Part shown: positions 49,875 to 60,295 of the stretch, one piece after another
Position numbering within the stretch: the stretch's first letter is position 1
How the letters are laid out: each line of letters begins with the position of its first letter
Source of the DNA: Escherichia coli
GTDB taxonomy: Bacteria > Pseudomonadota > Gammaproteobacteria > Enterobacterales > Enterobacteriaceae
DNA length: 64,000 bases
Direction: 5' to 3' (one strand)
NCBI RefSeq assembly: GCF_013122565.1
Contig: NZ_CP053258.1
Made by a program: the position numbers and the translations under genes
The notes under the pieces: generated by a model
Seen by the model: the letters and a program-made list of their open reading frames with translations, nothing else
What the model was told of the DNA's origin: nothing
Databases searched by the model: none

Positions 49875-51586
49875 TGAGCAAAAAACATCCAGGGCCTTTA
49901 GTGGTCGAAGGAAAACTGACAGACGCCGAGCGCATGAAGCTTGAAAGCAACTACCTGCGCGGCACCATTGCGGAAGATTTAAACGACGGTCTGACCGGCG
50001 GCTTTAAGGGCGACAACTTCCTGCTGATCCGCTTCCACGGCATGTATCAGCAGGATGACCGCGACATCCGCGCCGAACGTGCTGAACAGAAGCTGGAGCC
50101 GCGCCACGCGATGCTGCTTCGCTGTCGTCTGCCGGGTGGGGTGATTACCACTAAACAGTGGCAGGCGATCGACAAATTTGCCGGTGAAAACACCATCTAT
50201 GGCAGCATTCGCCTGACCAACCGCCAGACGTTTCAGTTCCACGGCATTCTGAAAAAGAACGTCAAACCGGTGCACCAGATGCTGCACTCGGTCGGTCTTG
50301 ATGCGCTGGCGACCGCTAACGACATGAACCGTAACGTACTCTGCACCTCGAACCCTTACGAGTCGCAGCTGCACGCGGAAGCATATGAATGGGCGAAGAA
50401 AATCTCTGAACATCTGCTGCCGCGTACTCGCGCGTATGCGGAGATCTGGCTCGATCAGGAAAAAGTCGCCACCACTGATGAAGAGCCGATCCTTGGTCAG
50501 ACCTACCTGCCGCGTAAGTTCAAAACCACGGTAGTGATCCCGCCGCAGAACGATATCGATCTGCACGCCAACGACATGAACTTCGTGGCGATCGCCGAAA
50601 ACGGCAAGCTGGTGGGCTTTAACCTGCTGGTGGGCGGTGGGCTTTCTATCGAACACGGCAACAAGAAAACCTACGCCCGCACGGCGAGTGAGTTTGGCTA
50701 TCTGCCGCTAGAACATACGCTGGCGGTGGCGGAAGCCGTCGTGACAACTCAGCGTGACTGGGGTAACCGAACCGATCGTAAAAATGCCAAAACCAAATAC
50801 ACGCTGGAGCGCGTGGGGGTTGAGACGTTTAAAGCGGAAGTGGAGCGTCGCGCGGGGATCAAATTTGAACCGATCCGTCCGTATGAGTTCACCGGACGCG
50901 GCGATCGTATTGGCTGGGTTAAGGGCATTGATGATAACTGGCACCTGACGCTGTTTATCGAAAATGGTCGCATCCTTGATTATCCGGGGCGTCCGCTGAA
51001 AACTGGCCTGCTGGAGATCGCGAAGATCCACAAAGGTGATTTCCGCATTACGGCGAACCAGAATTTGATCATCGCCGGTGTGCCGGAAAGTGAGAAAGCG
51101 AAGATCGAGAAGATCGCCAAAGAGAGCGGGTTAATGAATGCCGTCACGCCGCAGCGTGAAAACTCAATGGCCTGCGTGTCATTCCCGACTTGCCCGCTGG
51201 CGATGGCGGAAGCAGAGCGTTTCCTGCCGTCTTTTATCGACAACATCGACAATTTAATGGCGAAACATGGTGTCAGCGATGAGCATATCGTGATGCGTGT
51301 AACAGGCTGCCCGAACGGTTGTGGTCGCGCGATGCTGGCGGAAGTGGGCCTGGTGGGTAAAGCGCCGGGTCGCTACAACCTGCATCTTGGCGGCAACCGC
51401 ATTGGGACACGTATCCCACGGATGTATAAAGAAAACATCACCGAGCCGGAAATCCTGGCGTCGCTTGATGAACTGATAGGGCGCTGGGCGAAAGAGCGCG
51501 AAGCGGGTGAAGGCTTCGGCGACTTTACGGTGCGTGCGGGCATCATTCGCCCGGTGCTCGATCCGGCGCGCGATTTGTGGGATTAA
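49874..51586 (+). CDS. cysI: Sulfite reductase [NADPH] hemoprotein beta subunit
   Basis: 570 aa. Confidence 0.97.
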
Positions 51587-51601
51587 CCATCAGCCCGGTC
51601 T

Positions 51602-51639
51602 TGTAGGCCTGATAAGACGCGTGAGCGTCGCATCAGGCA
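51602..51639. repeat. REP element between cysI and cysH
   Basis: tgtaggcctgataagacgcgtgagcgtcgcatcaggca. Confidence 0.7.
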
Positions 51640-51659
51640 AGGCAAACAGTGAGGAATCT

Positions 51660-52394
51660 ATGTCCAAACTCGATCTAAACGCCCTGAACGAACTGCCGAA
51701 GGTAGATCGCATTCTGGCGCTGGCGGAAACTAACGCCCAACTGGAAAAACTGGATGCTGAAGGCCGCGTTGCCTGGGCGCTGGATAATCTGCCCGGTGAA
51801 TATGTACTTTCTTCCAGCTTTGGTATTCAGGCGGCGGTGAGCCTGCATCTGGTGAATCAGATTCGGCCGGATATTCCAGTGATCCTCACCGATACCGGTT
51901 ATCTGTTCCCGGAAACCTACCGCTTTATTGACGAGTTAACGGACAAACTCAAGCTCAACCTGAAAGTGTACCGTGCTACCGAAAGCGCCGCCTGGCAGGA
52001 AGCACGCTACGGCAAACTGTGGGAGCAGGGCGTTGAAGGCATTGAAAAGTACAATGACATCAACAAAGTCGAACCGATGAACCGGGCGCTGAAAGAACTG
52101 AATGCGCAAACGTGGTTTGCTGGCCTGCGCCGTGAACAATCCGGCAGCCGCGCCAATTTACCGGTGCTGGCAATTCAGCGTGGCGTATTTAAAGTACTGC
52201 CGATTATCGATTGGGATAACCGAACGATATATCAGTATCTGCAAAAGCATGGCCTGAAATATCACCCATTATGGGACGAAGGATATTTATCGGTCGGTGA
52301 TACCCATACAACCCGTAAATGGGAACCCGGCATGGCGGAAGAAGAAACACGTTTCTTTGGTTTAAAAAGGGAGTGTGGGTTACACGAAGGGTAA
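51660..52394 (+). CDS. cysH: Phosphoadenosine phosphosulfate (PAPS) reductase
   Basis: 244 aa from [17 protein letters not shown]. The track ORF begins 51 codons upstream, inside the REP. Confidence 0.95.
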
Positions 52395-52658
52395 ATATTG
52401 CCGGATAAATTAAACGCCTCTGTCAGAAATGATGGGGGCGTTTTTATTTTGCGAGCAGCATTCCTGATTTTAAACGTGAACGCCGCTGGAAGAATTATCA
52501 GGTATAGAATGGCGTCGGGTGCTTGAGGCTGTCTGGCGTTAAGCATTCGCGAGGTTCCAGATGGACAAAAGCCCCAGGCGATATTTCTATCAACCTGAGG
52601 CTTACGTTCGAACCCAAACAATTCGAATGTTAGTCTCTTCTTTGCAGGGAGGCAAGAC

Positions 52659-52811
52659 ATGCTGACAAAATATGCCCTTGTGGCAATCATCGTACTGTGT
52701 TGTACAGTACTGGGATTCACGCTGATGGTAGGCGACTCGTTGTGTGAGTTGAGTATCAGAGAACGTGGTATGGAGTTTAAGGCAGTTCTCGCTTACGAAT
52801 CGAAGAAGTAG
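52659..52811 (+). CDS. Hok/Gef-family type I toxin (50 aa; below ORF-track cutoff)
   Basis: Translates to [50 protein letters not shown]. One TM helix and a conserved C-terminal SLCE...AYES.K block as in plasmid R1 Hok (from memory). SD agggagg 7 nt upstream. An overlapping upstream 34-codon ORF (52561..52665) ends 7 nt into hok, like a mok reading frame. Confidence 0.8.
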   Translation: MLTKYALVAIIVLCCTVLGFTLMVGDSLCELSIRERGMEFKAVLAYESKK

Positions 52812-52814
52812 CCA

Positions 52815-52876
52815 CCACGCGGGGGTAAAACCCCGCGTACTGAATTGTGATGGTTTGGTCTCCTGCACCCTTTTTT
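52815..52876 (+). terminator. Structured 3' region and terminator of the hok transcript
   Basis: Hairpin acgcgggg-gtaaaa-ccccgcgt, then a T6 run at 52871..52876. Confidence 0.45.
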
Positions 52877-52879
52877 AAT

Positions 52880-53048
52880 TTATATTATTTATGTGAGTAT
52901 TATGCCTATGTTTATTATTTATATATATTACGGATGAAAATCATTTAATTATTCACAATGTAAATATTTTATTGAAAGATATATGTCACAGATAATTTTT
53001 AATATGTGCGTAAATATCCTTTAAGTTTTACTGAAGGATAAAAATATT
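52880..53048 (+). promoter_or_regulatory. AT-rich cas3 promoter region
   Basis: About 170 bp of very AT-rich sequence directly upstream of the cas3 start, typical of a nucleoid-protein-silenced cas promoter. Promoter elements not individually assigned. Confidence 0.4.
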
Positions 53049-54392
53049 GTGACTTTCTTTGATTTCTGGGGAAAAACCCGACGTGGCGAGAAAGAAGGGG
53101 GCGACGGCTATCACCTTCTTTGCTGGCATTCGCTGGATGTGGCCGCGATGGGCTATTTAATGGTTAAAAGAAATTGCTTCGGGCTGGCTGACTATTTTCG
53201 TCAATTAGGGATTTCTGACAAGGAACAGGCAGCTCAATTTTTCGCCTGGTTGCTGTGCTGGCACGATATTGGAAAATTTGCCCGCTCTTTTCAACAACTT
53301 TACCTGCCCCCTGAATTCAAGATTCAGGAAGGTGCCAGAAAAAATTACGAAAAAATCTCTCATTCAACGCTGGGCTACTGGTTGTGGAATCATTATTTAA
53401 GTGAATGTCAGGAGTTACTTCCTTCATCTTCGCTCTCTCCGCGCAAACTTAGGCGAGTGATAGAAATGTGGATGCCCGTGACGACAGGGCATCATGGTCG
53501 GCCCCCTGATCGTATGGATGAATTGGATAATTTTCTGCCTGAAGACAAAGCTGCAGCACGAGATTTTCTCCTTGAAATCAAACCACTGTTTCCGCTCATA
53601 GAGATCCCCGCATTCTGGGATGATGATGAGGGCATTGAACTTATAAAACACCTTTCCTGGTATATCTCTGCAACCGTCGTGCTCGCAGACTGGACGGGTT
53701 CGTCAACGCGATTTTTTCCACGCGTCGCACACCCAATGGATATTAAAGGTTACTGGCAGAAAACTTTAGTTCAGGCTCAAAATGCCTTAACCGTCTTTCC
53801 TCTAAAAGCAAAAGTCGCGCCTTTCACCGGAATTAATACGCTGTTTCCTTTTATTGAGAATCCGACACCGTTACAGCAAAAGGTGCTGGATCTGGATATC
53901 AGCCAGCCAGGGCCACAGTTATTTATTCTGGAAGATGTGACTGGCGCAGGTAAAACGGAAGCGGCGCTTATCCTGGCGCACAGGTTGATGGCTGCGGGTA
54001 AAGCGCAGGGTTTGTTTTTTGGCCTGCCAACAATGGCAACGGCCAATGCCATGTATGATCGGCTCGTCAAAACCTGGCTTTCTTTCTATTCGCCAGAATC
54101 TCGCCCCAGCCTGGTGCTGGCACACAGTGCCCGCACATTAATGGACCGCTTTAATGAATCACTCTGGTCCGGTGATTTAATCGGGTCAGAAGAACCGGAT
54201 GAACAAGCTTTCAGCCAGGGTTGTGCGGCCTGGTTTGCCGACAGTAACAAGAAGGCGTTGCTGGCTGAAATTGGCGTCGGCACCCTGGATCAGGCGATGA
54301 TGGCAGTGATGCCGTTTAAACATAATAATCTGCGGCTTCTGGGGCTGAGTAACAAAATCGTGTTCCCCGCGCCAGCGGGGATAAACCGATGA
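53049..54392 (+). pseudogene. cas3: Truncated cas3 (type I-E; HD nuclease domain and start of helicase domain only), fused to the CRISPR array
   Basis: 447-aa ORF with a GTG start. HD motif WHDIGKF and Walker A TGAGKTEAA. Collinear with the N-terminal half of K-12 Cas3 (888 aa, from memory). The frame runs through CRISPR repeat 1 (...NKIV|FPAPAGINR) and stops in spacer 1. Confidence 0.88.
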
Positions 54393-56647
54393 ATATTTGC
54401 GAATATTCGGCAGAAAGCGGGTGTTCCCCGCGCCAGCGGGGATAAACCGAGGTTGCGGCACAAATTGAGGTTGTCGCAAATGTGTTCCCCGCGCCAGCGG
54501 GGATAAACCGCCGACGCAGCAGCGGCAGCAGCGGCAGCAGCGGTGTTCCCCGCGCCAGCGGGGATAAACCGTGGATCAGTGCCGCGTTCTCTCTCCGTGT
54601 AATGTGTTCCCCGCGCCAGCGGGGATAAACCGATCGAGACGGGTACGCGTAAAGCCGAGCTGGCGTGTTCCCCGCGCCAGCGGGGATAAACCGCGATCGG
54701 TTAATTCTTCTACCTGCCTTTGCAGGTGTTCCCCGCGCCAGCGGGGATAAACCGCCCGCAATGCATTCGGGCAGTTCCTTGCCGGGGTGTTCCCCGCGCC
54801 AGCGGGGATAAACCGGAGATTGAGCCAGACGCCCGCCAGGTGTTACTGTGTTCCCCGCGCCAGCGGGGATAAACCGGAAGTAACACACCCAACCCAGGTT
54901 GCGCCAGAGTGTTCCCCGCGCCAGCGGGGATAAACCGCCTGTTTGAGCAGGCGCGAATGAACCGGACCAGTGTTCCCCGCGCCAGCGGGGATAAACCGTC
55001 AGGTAAGCCAGTGTTAGGGGCAATATAGCAGTGTTCCCCGCGCCAGCGGGGATAAACCGTCATCGGCTCGTTATTTGTAGCCAGCACTACGGTGTTCCCC
55101 GCGCCAGCGGGGATAAACCGCTTTATCAGATGGTAAAGGTGAATCAATATGAGTGTTCCCCGCGCCAGCGGGGATAAACCGATACCCCAGCGTTTCGTTA
55201 TATGACGGAAGATGTGTTCCCCGCGCCAGCGGGGATAAACCGTGCAACCAGGACGGCAGGACGCATCGCCAGATGTGTTCCCCGCGCCAGCGGGGATAAA
55301 CCGCACGTTATTATCCGATATTCACCGATAAGCGTGTGTTCCCCGCGCCAGCGGGGATAAACCGTCTGGGCGTAAACAGTCGGATAAATCGCGGGTGTGT
55401 TCCCCGCGCCAGCGGGGATAAACCGGCGGCGTGTGGGGTAACAATCAGGGAGAGAAAGTGTTCCCCGCGCCAGCGGGGATAAACCGGATAAATACAGTAT
55501 ATTCCCGCGCTCTGCTGGCGTGTTCCCCGCGCCAGCGGGGATAAACCGTAGATTTTGTCCGGCTCAGGTGCGCCGATGGTGTGTTCCCCGCGCCAGCGGG
55601 GATAAACCGATCGAGTACAACAAAAAATATACTGAGTGAGTGTGTTCCCCGCGCCAGCGGGGATAAACCGCTGTTTGCTCCTGCTGCTCATTTAGTGATT
55701 TAGTGTTCCCCGCGCCAGCGGGGATAAACCGCCTGTTCTTTTTTAGTCAACTTAACCATGCTCGTGTTCCCCGCGCCAGCGGGGATAAACCGTCTTTTTC
55801 GAGACTTGCAGCAACGCTCTGAAAGTGTTCCCCGCGCCAGCGGGGATAAACCGATCGAGTAGTTTTGAGGGTTGGTGAATTCAGGGTGTTCCCCGCGCCA
55901 GCGGGGATAAACCGCTTAATAAATGGACTTAAGCGCCCAGTATTGGGTGTTCCCCGCGCCAGCGGGGATAAACCGGGGAGGGCGAGCCGCCGTAGGTGCG
56001 GTGAGGGGTGTTCCCCGCGCCAGCGGGGATAAACCGACGCAGAAACTGGTTGAAATAGTTTACGGTGAGTGTTCCCCGCGCCAGCGGGGATAAACCGGCA
56101 GTAAATTATTTGACCTCGTTGATAATCCCGTGTTCCCCGCGCCAGCGGGGATAAACCGGTGGCGGTGTGATTGTGGGACTTATTGCCATCGTGTTCCCCG
56201 CGCCAGCGGGGATAAACCGGGCCTTTTCAGCAGATTAACCGCCGCGATTGCGTGTTCCCCGCGCCAGCGGGGATAAACCGAGAGATTTATATTCTTTCAA
56301 ACCGGATTATATCGTGTTCCCCGCGCCAGCGGGGATAAACCGCTTCAAGAATTTTTAAACGCTGGCTTCAAAATGTGTTCCCCGCGCCAGCGGGGATAAA
56401 CCGTCCCACGCGTGCCAGATGGCGCGTTTGATGGCGTGTTCCCCGCGCCAGCGGGGATAAACCGATGATAACGGCAAAGGGTACGCTACGTACAACGTGT
56501 TCCCCGCGCCAGCGGGGTTAAACTGTGATCCAGTGAGTACCGATCCGGGAACAACCGGTGTTCCTCGCATCAGCGGGGATAAACCGGGTGCACTGGATGC
56601 GATGATGGATATCACTTGGCGTTCCCCCGCCCCTGCGGTAGAACTCC
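54360..56647 (+). CRISPR. Type I-E CRISPR array: 37 repeat-spacer units plus a highly degenerate terminal repeat; no leader, no adjacent cas operon
   Basis: 29-bp repeat gtgttccccgcgccagcggggataaaccg with period 61. Spacers are 32 bp except one of 33 bp (55487..55519). Repeat phase verified against the antisense artefact ORFs ([10 protein letters not shown] / VYPRWRGEH / GLSPLARGT). Degenerate repeats at 56497, 56558 and 56619 mark the leader-distal end, next to iap. Confidence 0.97.
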
Positions 56648-56668
56648 CAGCTCCCATTTTCAAACCCA

Positions 56669-57706
56669 TCAAGACGCCTTCGCCAACTCCTTCACCAGAG
56701 GTAGCATTATCCGCATAACGTCACGGCAGCGACGTTCTATTCTTCCAGGAAGTGCCTTATCAATATGCTGTTGATTATCCAGTCTTACGTCATGCCAGCT
56801 ATTTCCCGCAGGGAATGCGGCTGTTTTTGCGCGTTGCTGATAACCATCCTTATTCCCAAGATTCCAGTTAGTCGCTTCCACCGAAAGTACAGCAATGCCC
56901 GCTTTGTCGAATATTTCGGCGTCATTACAACATCCAGTGCCTTTCGGATAATTTTTATTCAAACCCGGATTGGTCGTTGCGGCAATTCCATGACTACGCG
57001 CAATTGCCAGCGCCCTGTCGCGCGTTAATTTCCTTACTGCTTCAGGGGTTTTTACACCGCTGTTGAAATACAATTTATCGCCAACAATTAAGTTATCGAG
57101 ATTAATCACCAGCAGCGTATTTTTCTTTTCGGTGTCACTCATCCGCTTGAGTAAATTCTCAGCGCCTAATTTTCCTTCCTCTTCGCCGCTGGTCGCCACA
57201 AATCGAATACCATACTCGGTAGGCGTATTTTTCAGGCGTTCTGCCAGTTCCAGCATGACACCTAAACCTGCGGCGTTATCATCTATTCCTTGTAACGTCA
57301 GTCCGCCGAGATTGGCATCGGCGTCAGCATCGCTCAGCGGGGCGTAAGTATCCAGATGCGCCATAATGATGATCTGCTGCGGCGCTTTGCCTTCATGAGC
57401 GGCAATCACCGTACTTCCCGTCACGTTATGCCAGCTCTTACGATTATCGCGGGCGGTATAAATATATCGACTATTAAATGTCCGAATATCACTGCGATAA
57501 CCCATTTGCTGAAACTGTTGGCGAATATAATCGGCAGATAACATTTCTGCAGGAGTTCCGGTCATGCGTCCCGGAAAGAAAGTAGCAATATGTCGTGCCT
57601 GGGTATTAGCAAAATCGCCAGGTTTAGGTGACGAGGCGTGTACGGGGAGAATAAAGCATACGCCGAGCGCCAGGGCAGCGGTACGGTGGCGCAATGCGGA
57701 AAACAT
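56669..57706 (-). CDS. iap: Alkaline phosphatase isozyme conversion aminopeptidase Iap
   Basis: 345 aa, signal peptide, M28-type peptidase. Confidence 0.93.
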   Translation of the reverse strand: MFSALRHRTAALALGVCFILPVHASSPKPGDFANTQARHIATFFPGRMTGTPAEMLSADYIRQQFQQMGYRSDIRTFNSRYIYTARDNRKSWHNVTGSTVIAAHEGKAPQQIIIMAHLDTYAPLSDADADANLGGLTLQGIDDNAAGLGVMLELAERLKNTPTEYGIRFVATSGEEEGKLGAENLLKRMSDTEKKNTLLVINLDNLIVGDKLYFNSGVKTPEAVRKLTRDRALAIARSHGIAATTNPGLNKNYPKGTGCCNDAEIFDKAGIAVLSVEATNWNLGNKDGYQQRAKTAAFPAGNSWHDVRLDNQQHIDKALPGRIERRCRDVMRIMLPLVKELAKAS

Positions 57707-57957
57707 AGTGAGTCCTTAAATACCATGCAAATTTTTTTACCGCCATAGTATGAAACTGCCGCTGCGCTAAAACAATTTCAAATCTTCCTAAACGCCCGAA
57801 ATCCGGTGCCTTAAGCACTTTTTGATATTAGCTTTGCCAAATCGTTATTCCGTTAAGGAACTACTCATTCTAATTGGTAATTTCATTCGTTCTCTTACGC
57901 TCCCTATAGTCGAAACATCTGATGGCAAGAAAATAGCGGTATTGCAAAGGAACGGTT

Positions 57958-58866
57958 ATGGATCAAAAACGACTTACTCACCTGCGGCAACTGGAGGCGG
58001 AAAGCATCCACATTATTCGCGAGGTGGCGGCAGAATTCTCAAATCCGGTGATGCTCTACTCTATCGGTAAAGATTCCAGCGTCATGCTGCATCTGGCGCG
58101 CAAGGCGTTTTATCCAGGTACGCTGCCTTTCCCGTTGCTGCATGTTGATACCGGCTGGAAATTCCGCGAGATGTATGAGTTCCGCGATCGTACGGCGAAA
58201 GCCTACGGCTGCGAGCTGCTGGTGCATAAAAACCCGGAAGGCGTGGCGATGGGGATTAATCCATTCGTGCACGGCAGCGCGAAACATACCGATATTATGA
58301 AGACCGAAGGCCTGAAGCAGGCGCTGAATAAATACGGTTTTGATGCCGCCTTCGGTGGTGCGCGCCGTGACGAAGAGAAATCCCGCGCTAAAGAGCGAAT
58401 CTACTCTTTCCGTGACCGCTTCCATCGCTGGGATCCGAAAAATCAGCGCCCGGAGCTGTGGCACAACTACAACGGGCAAATTAATAAAGGCGAAAGCATC
58501 CGCGTCTTCCCGCTCTCTAACTGGACCGAGCAGGATATCTGGCAATACATCTGGCTGGAAAATATCGACATTGTTCCGCTGTATCTCGCTGCGGAACGAC
58601 CGGTTCTGGAACGTGACGGTATGTTGATGATGATTGATGACAACCGTATCGACCTGCAACCGGGCGAAGTCATTAAAAAACGGATGGTGCGTTTCCGTAC
58701 GCTGGGCTGCTGGCCGCTGACCGGTGCGGTGGAGTCAAATGCACAAACACTGCCGGAGATCATCGAAGAGATGCTGGTCTCCACCACCAGTGAACGTCAG
58801 GGTCGCGTGATTGACCGCGACCAGGCGGGATCCATGGAGCTGAAAAAACGTCAGGGGTATTTTTAA
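57958..58866 (+). CDS. cysD: Sulfate adenylyltransferase subunit 2
   Basis: 302 aa. Confidence 0.97.
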   Translation: MDQKRLTHLRQLEAESIHIIREVAAEFSNPVMLYSIGKDSSVMLHLARKAFYPGTLPFPLLHVDTGWKFREMYEFRDRTAKAYGCELLVHKNPEGVAMGINPFVHGSAKHTDIMKTEGLKQALNKYGFDAAFGGARRDEEKSRAKERIYSFRDRFHRWDPKNQRPELWHNYNGQINKGESIRVFPLSNWTEQDIWQYIWLENIDIVPLYLAAERPVLERDGMLMMIDDNRIDLQPGEVIKKRMVRFRTLGCWPLTGAVESNAQTLPEIIEEMLVSTTSERQGRVIDRDQAGSMELKKRQGYF

Positions 58867-58867
58867 G

Positions 58868-60295
58868 ATGAACACCGCACTTGCACAACAAATCGCCAAT
58901 GAAGGCGGCGTCGAAGCCTGGATGATTGCGCAACAACATAAAAGCCTGCTGCGTTTTCTGACCTGTGGTAGCGTCGATGACGGCAAAAGTACCCTGATTG
59001 GCCGCCTGCTGCACGATACCCGCCAAATCTACGAAGATCAGCTTTCATCGCTGCATAACGACAGTAAGCGTCACGGCACCCAGGGCGAAAAGCTGGATCT
59101 GGCACTGTTGGTGGACGGCCTGCAAGCTGAGCGCGAACAGGGCATCACCATTGACGTGGCTTACCGTTATTTCTCTACCGAGAAGCGTAAATTTATTATC
59201 GCCGACACCCCAGGACATGAGCAGTACACCCGCAATATGGCGACTGGCGCATCGACATGTGAACTGGCGATCTTACTGATCGATGCCCGTAAAGGCGTGC
59301 TCGATCAAACCCGTCGTCACAGTTTTATCTCCACACTGTTGGGGATCAAACATCTGGTCGTGGCGATCAACAAAATGGATCTGGTGGATTACAGTGAAGA
59401 GACGTTCACCCGTATTCGTGAAGATTATTTGACCTTTGCCGGGCAGCTGCCGGGTAATCTGGATATCCGCTTTGTGCCGCTCTCTGCACTGGAAGGCGAC
59501 AACGTGGCTTCGCAAAGTGAAAGTATGCCGTGGTACAGCGGTCCGACACTGCTCGAAGTGCTGGAAACCGTGGAGATCCAGCGAGTGGTGGATGCCCAGC
59601 CAATGCGCTTCCCGGTGCAGTACGTTAACCGCCCAAATCTCGATTTTCGTGGCTACGCCGGAACGCTGGCATCCGGTCGCGTGGAAGTCGGGCAACGTGT
59701 AAAAGTGCTGCCCTCTGGTGTGGAATCAAACGTCGCGCGGATCGTGACTTTTGATGGTGATCGCGAAGAAGCCTTTGCCGGAGAAGCGATCACCCTGGTG
59801 CTGACGGATGAGATCGACATCAGCCGTGGCGATCTGCTGCTGGCGGCAGACGAAGCGTTACCGGCGGTGCAGAGCGCGTCGGTGGATGTGGTATGGATGG
59901 CGGAACAGCCGCTTTCTCCAGGGCAGAGTTACGACATCAAAATTGCCGGTAAGAAGACGCGCGCGCGTGTTGATGGCATTCGCTATCAGGTTGATATTAA
60001 TAACCTTACCCAGCGTGAAGTTGAAAACCTGCCACTGAATGGGATCGGCCTCGTGGATCTCACTTTTGACGAGCCGCTGGTGTTAGATCGTTATCAACAA
60101 AATCCGGTGACGGGTGGGCTGATTTTTATCGATCGCCTGAGCAATGTGACCGTGGGTGCCGGTATGGTGCACGAGCCAGTTAGCCAGGCAACTGCTGCGC
60201 CATCTGAATTCAGTGCATTCGAACTGGAATTGAATGCTCTGGTTCGTCGCCACTTTCCGCACTGGGGCGCGCGCGATTTGCTGGGGGATAAATAA
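58868..60295 (+). CDS. cysN: Sulfate adenylyltransferase subunit 1 (GTPase)
   Basis: 475 aa, GTP-binding motifs GSVDDGKST and DTPGH. Confidence 0.97.

Noticed and set aside
53049-54392. Possibility that cas3 is full length but split by a frameshift, with the remainder downstream
   Set aside because: Downstream sequence is entirely CRISPR repeats and spacers up to iap. No cas3 C-terminal coding sequence exists in the window.
54300-54400. An insertion sequence at the cas3/array junction as the cause of the deletion
   Set aside because: No transposase ORF, terminal inverted repeats or target-site duplication is visible at or near the junction. The mechanism stays unknown.
54316-56718. Six ORFs overlapping the large CRISPR array (54316..55023, 54576..54761, 54710..55306, 55311..55691, 56355..56672 on minus; 56497..56718 on plus) with repeating [10 protein letters not shown] / VYPRWRGEH / GLSPLARGT peptides
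   Set aside because: They are translations of the 29-bp repeat in its three minus-strand frames, joined by spacer-length frame shifts. Used only to verify repeat phase.
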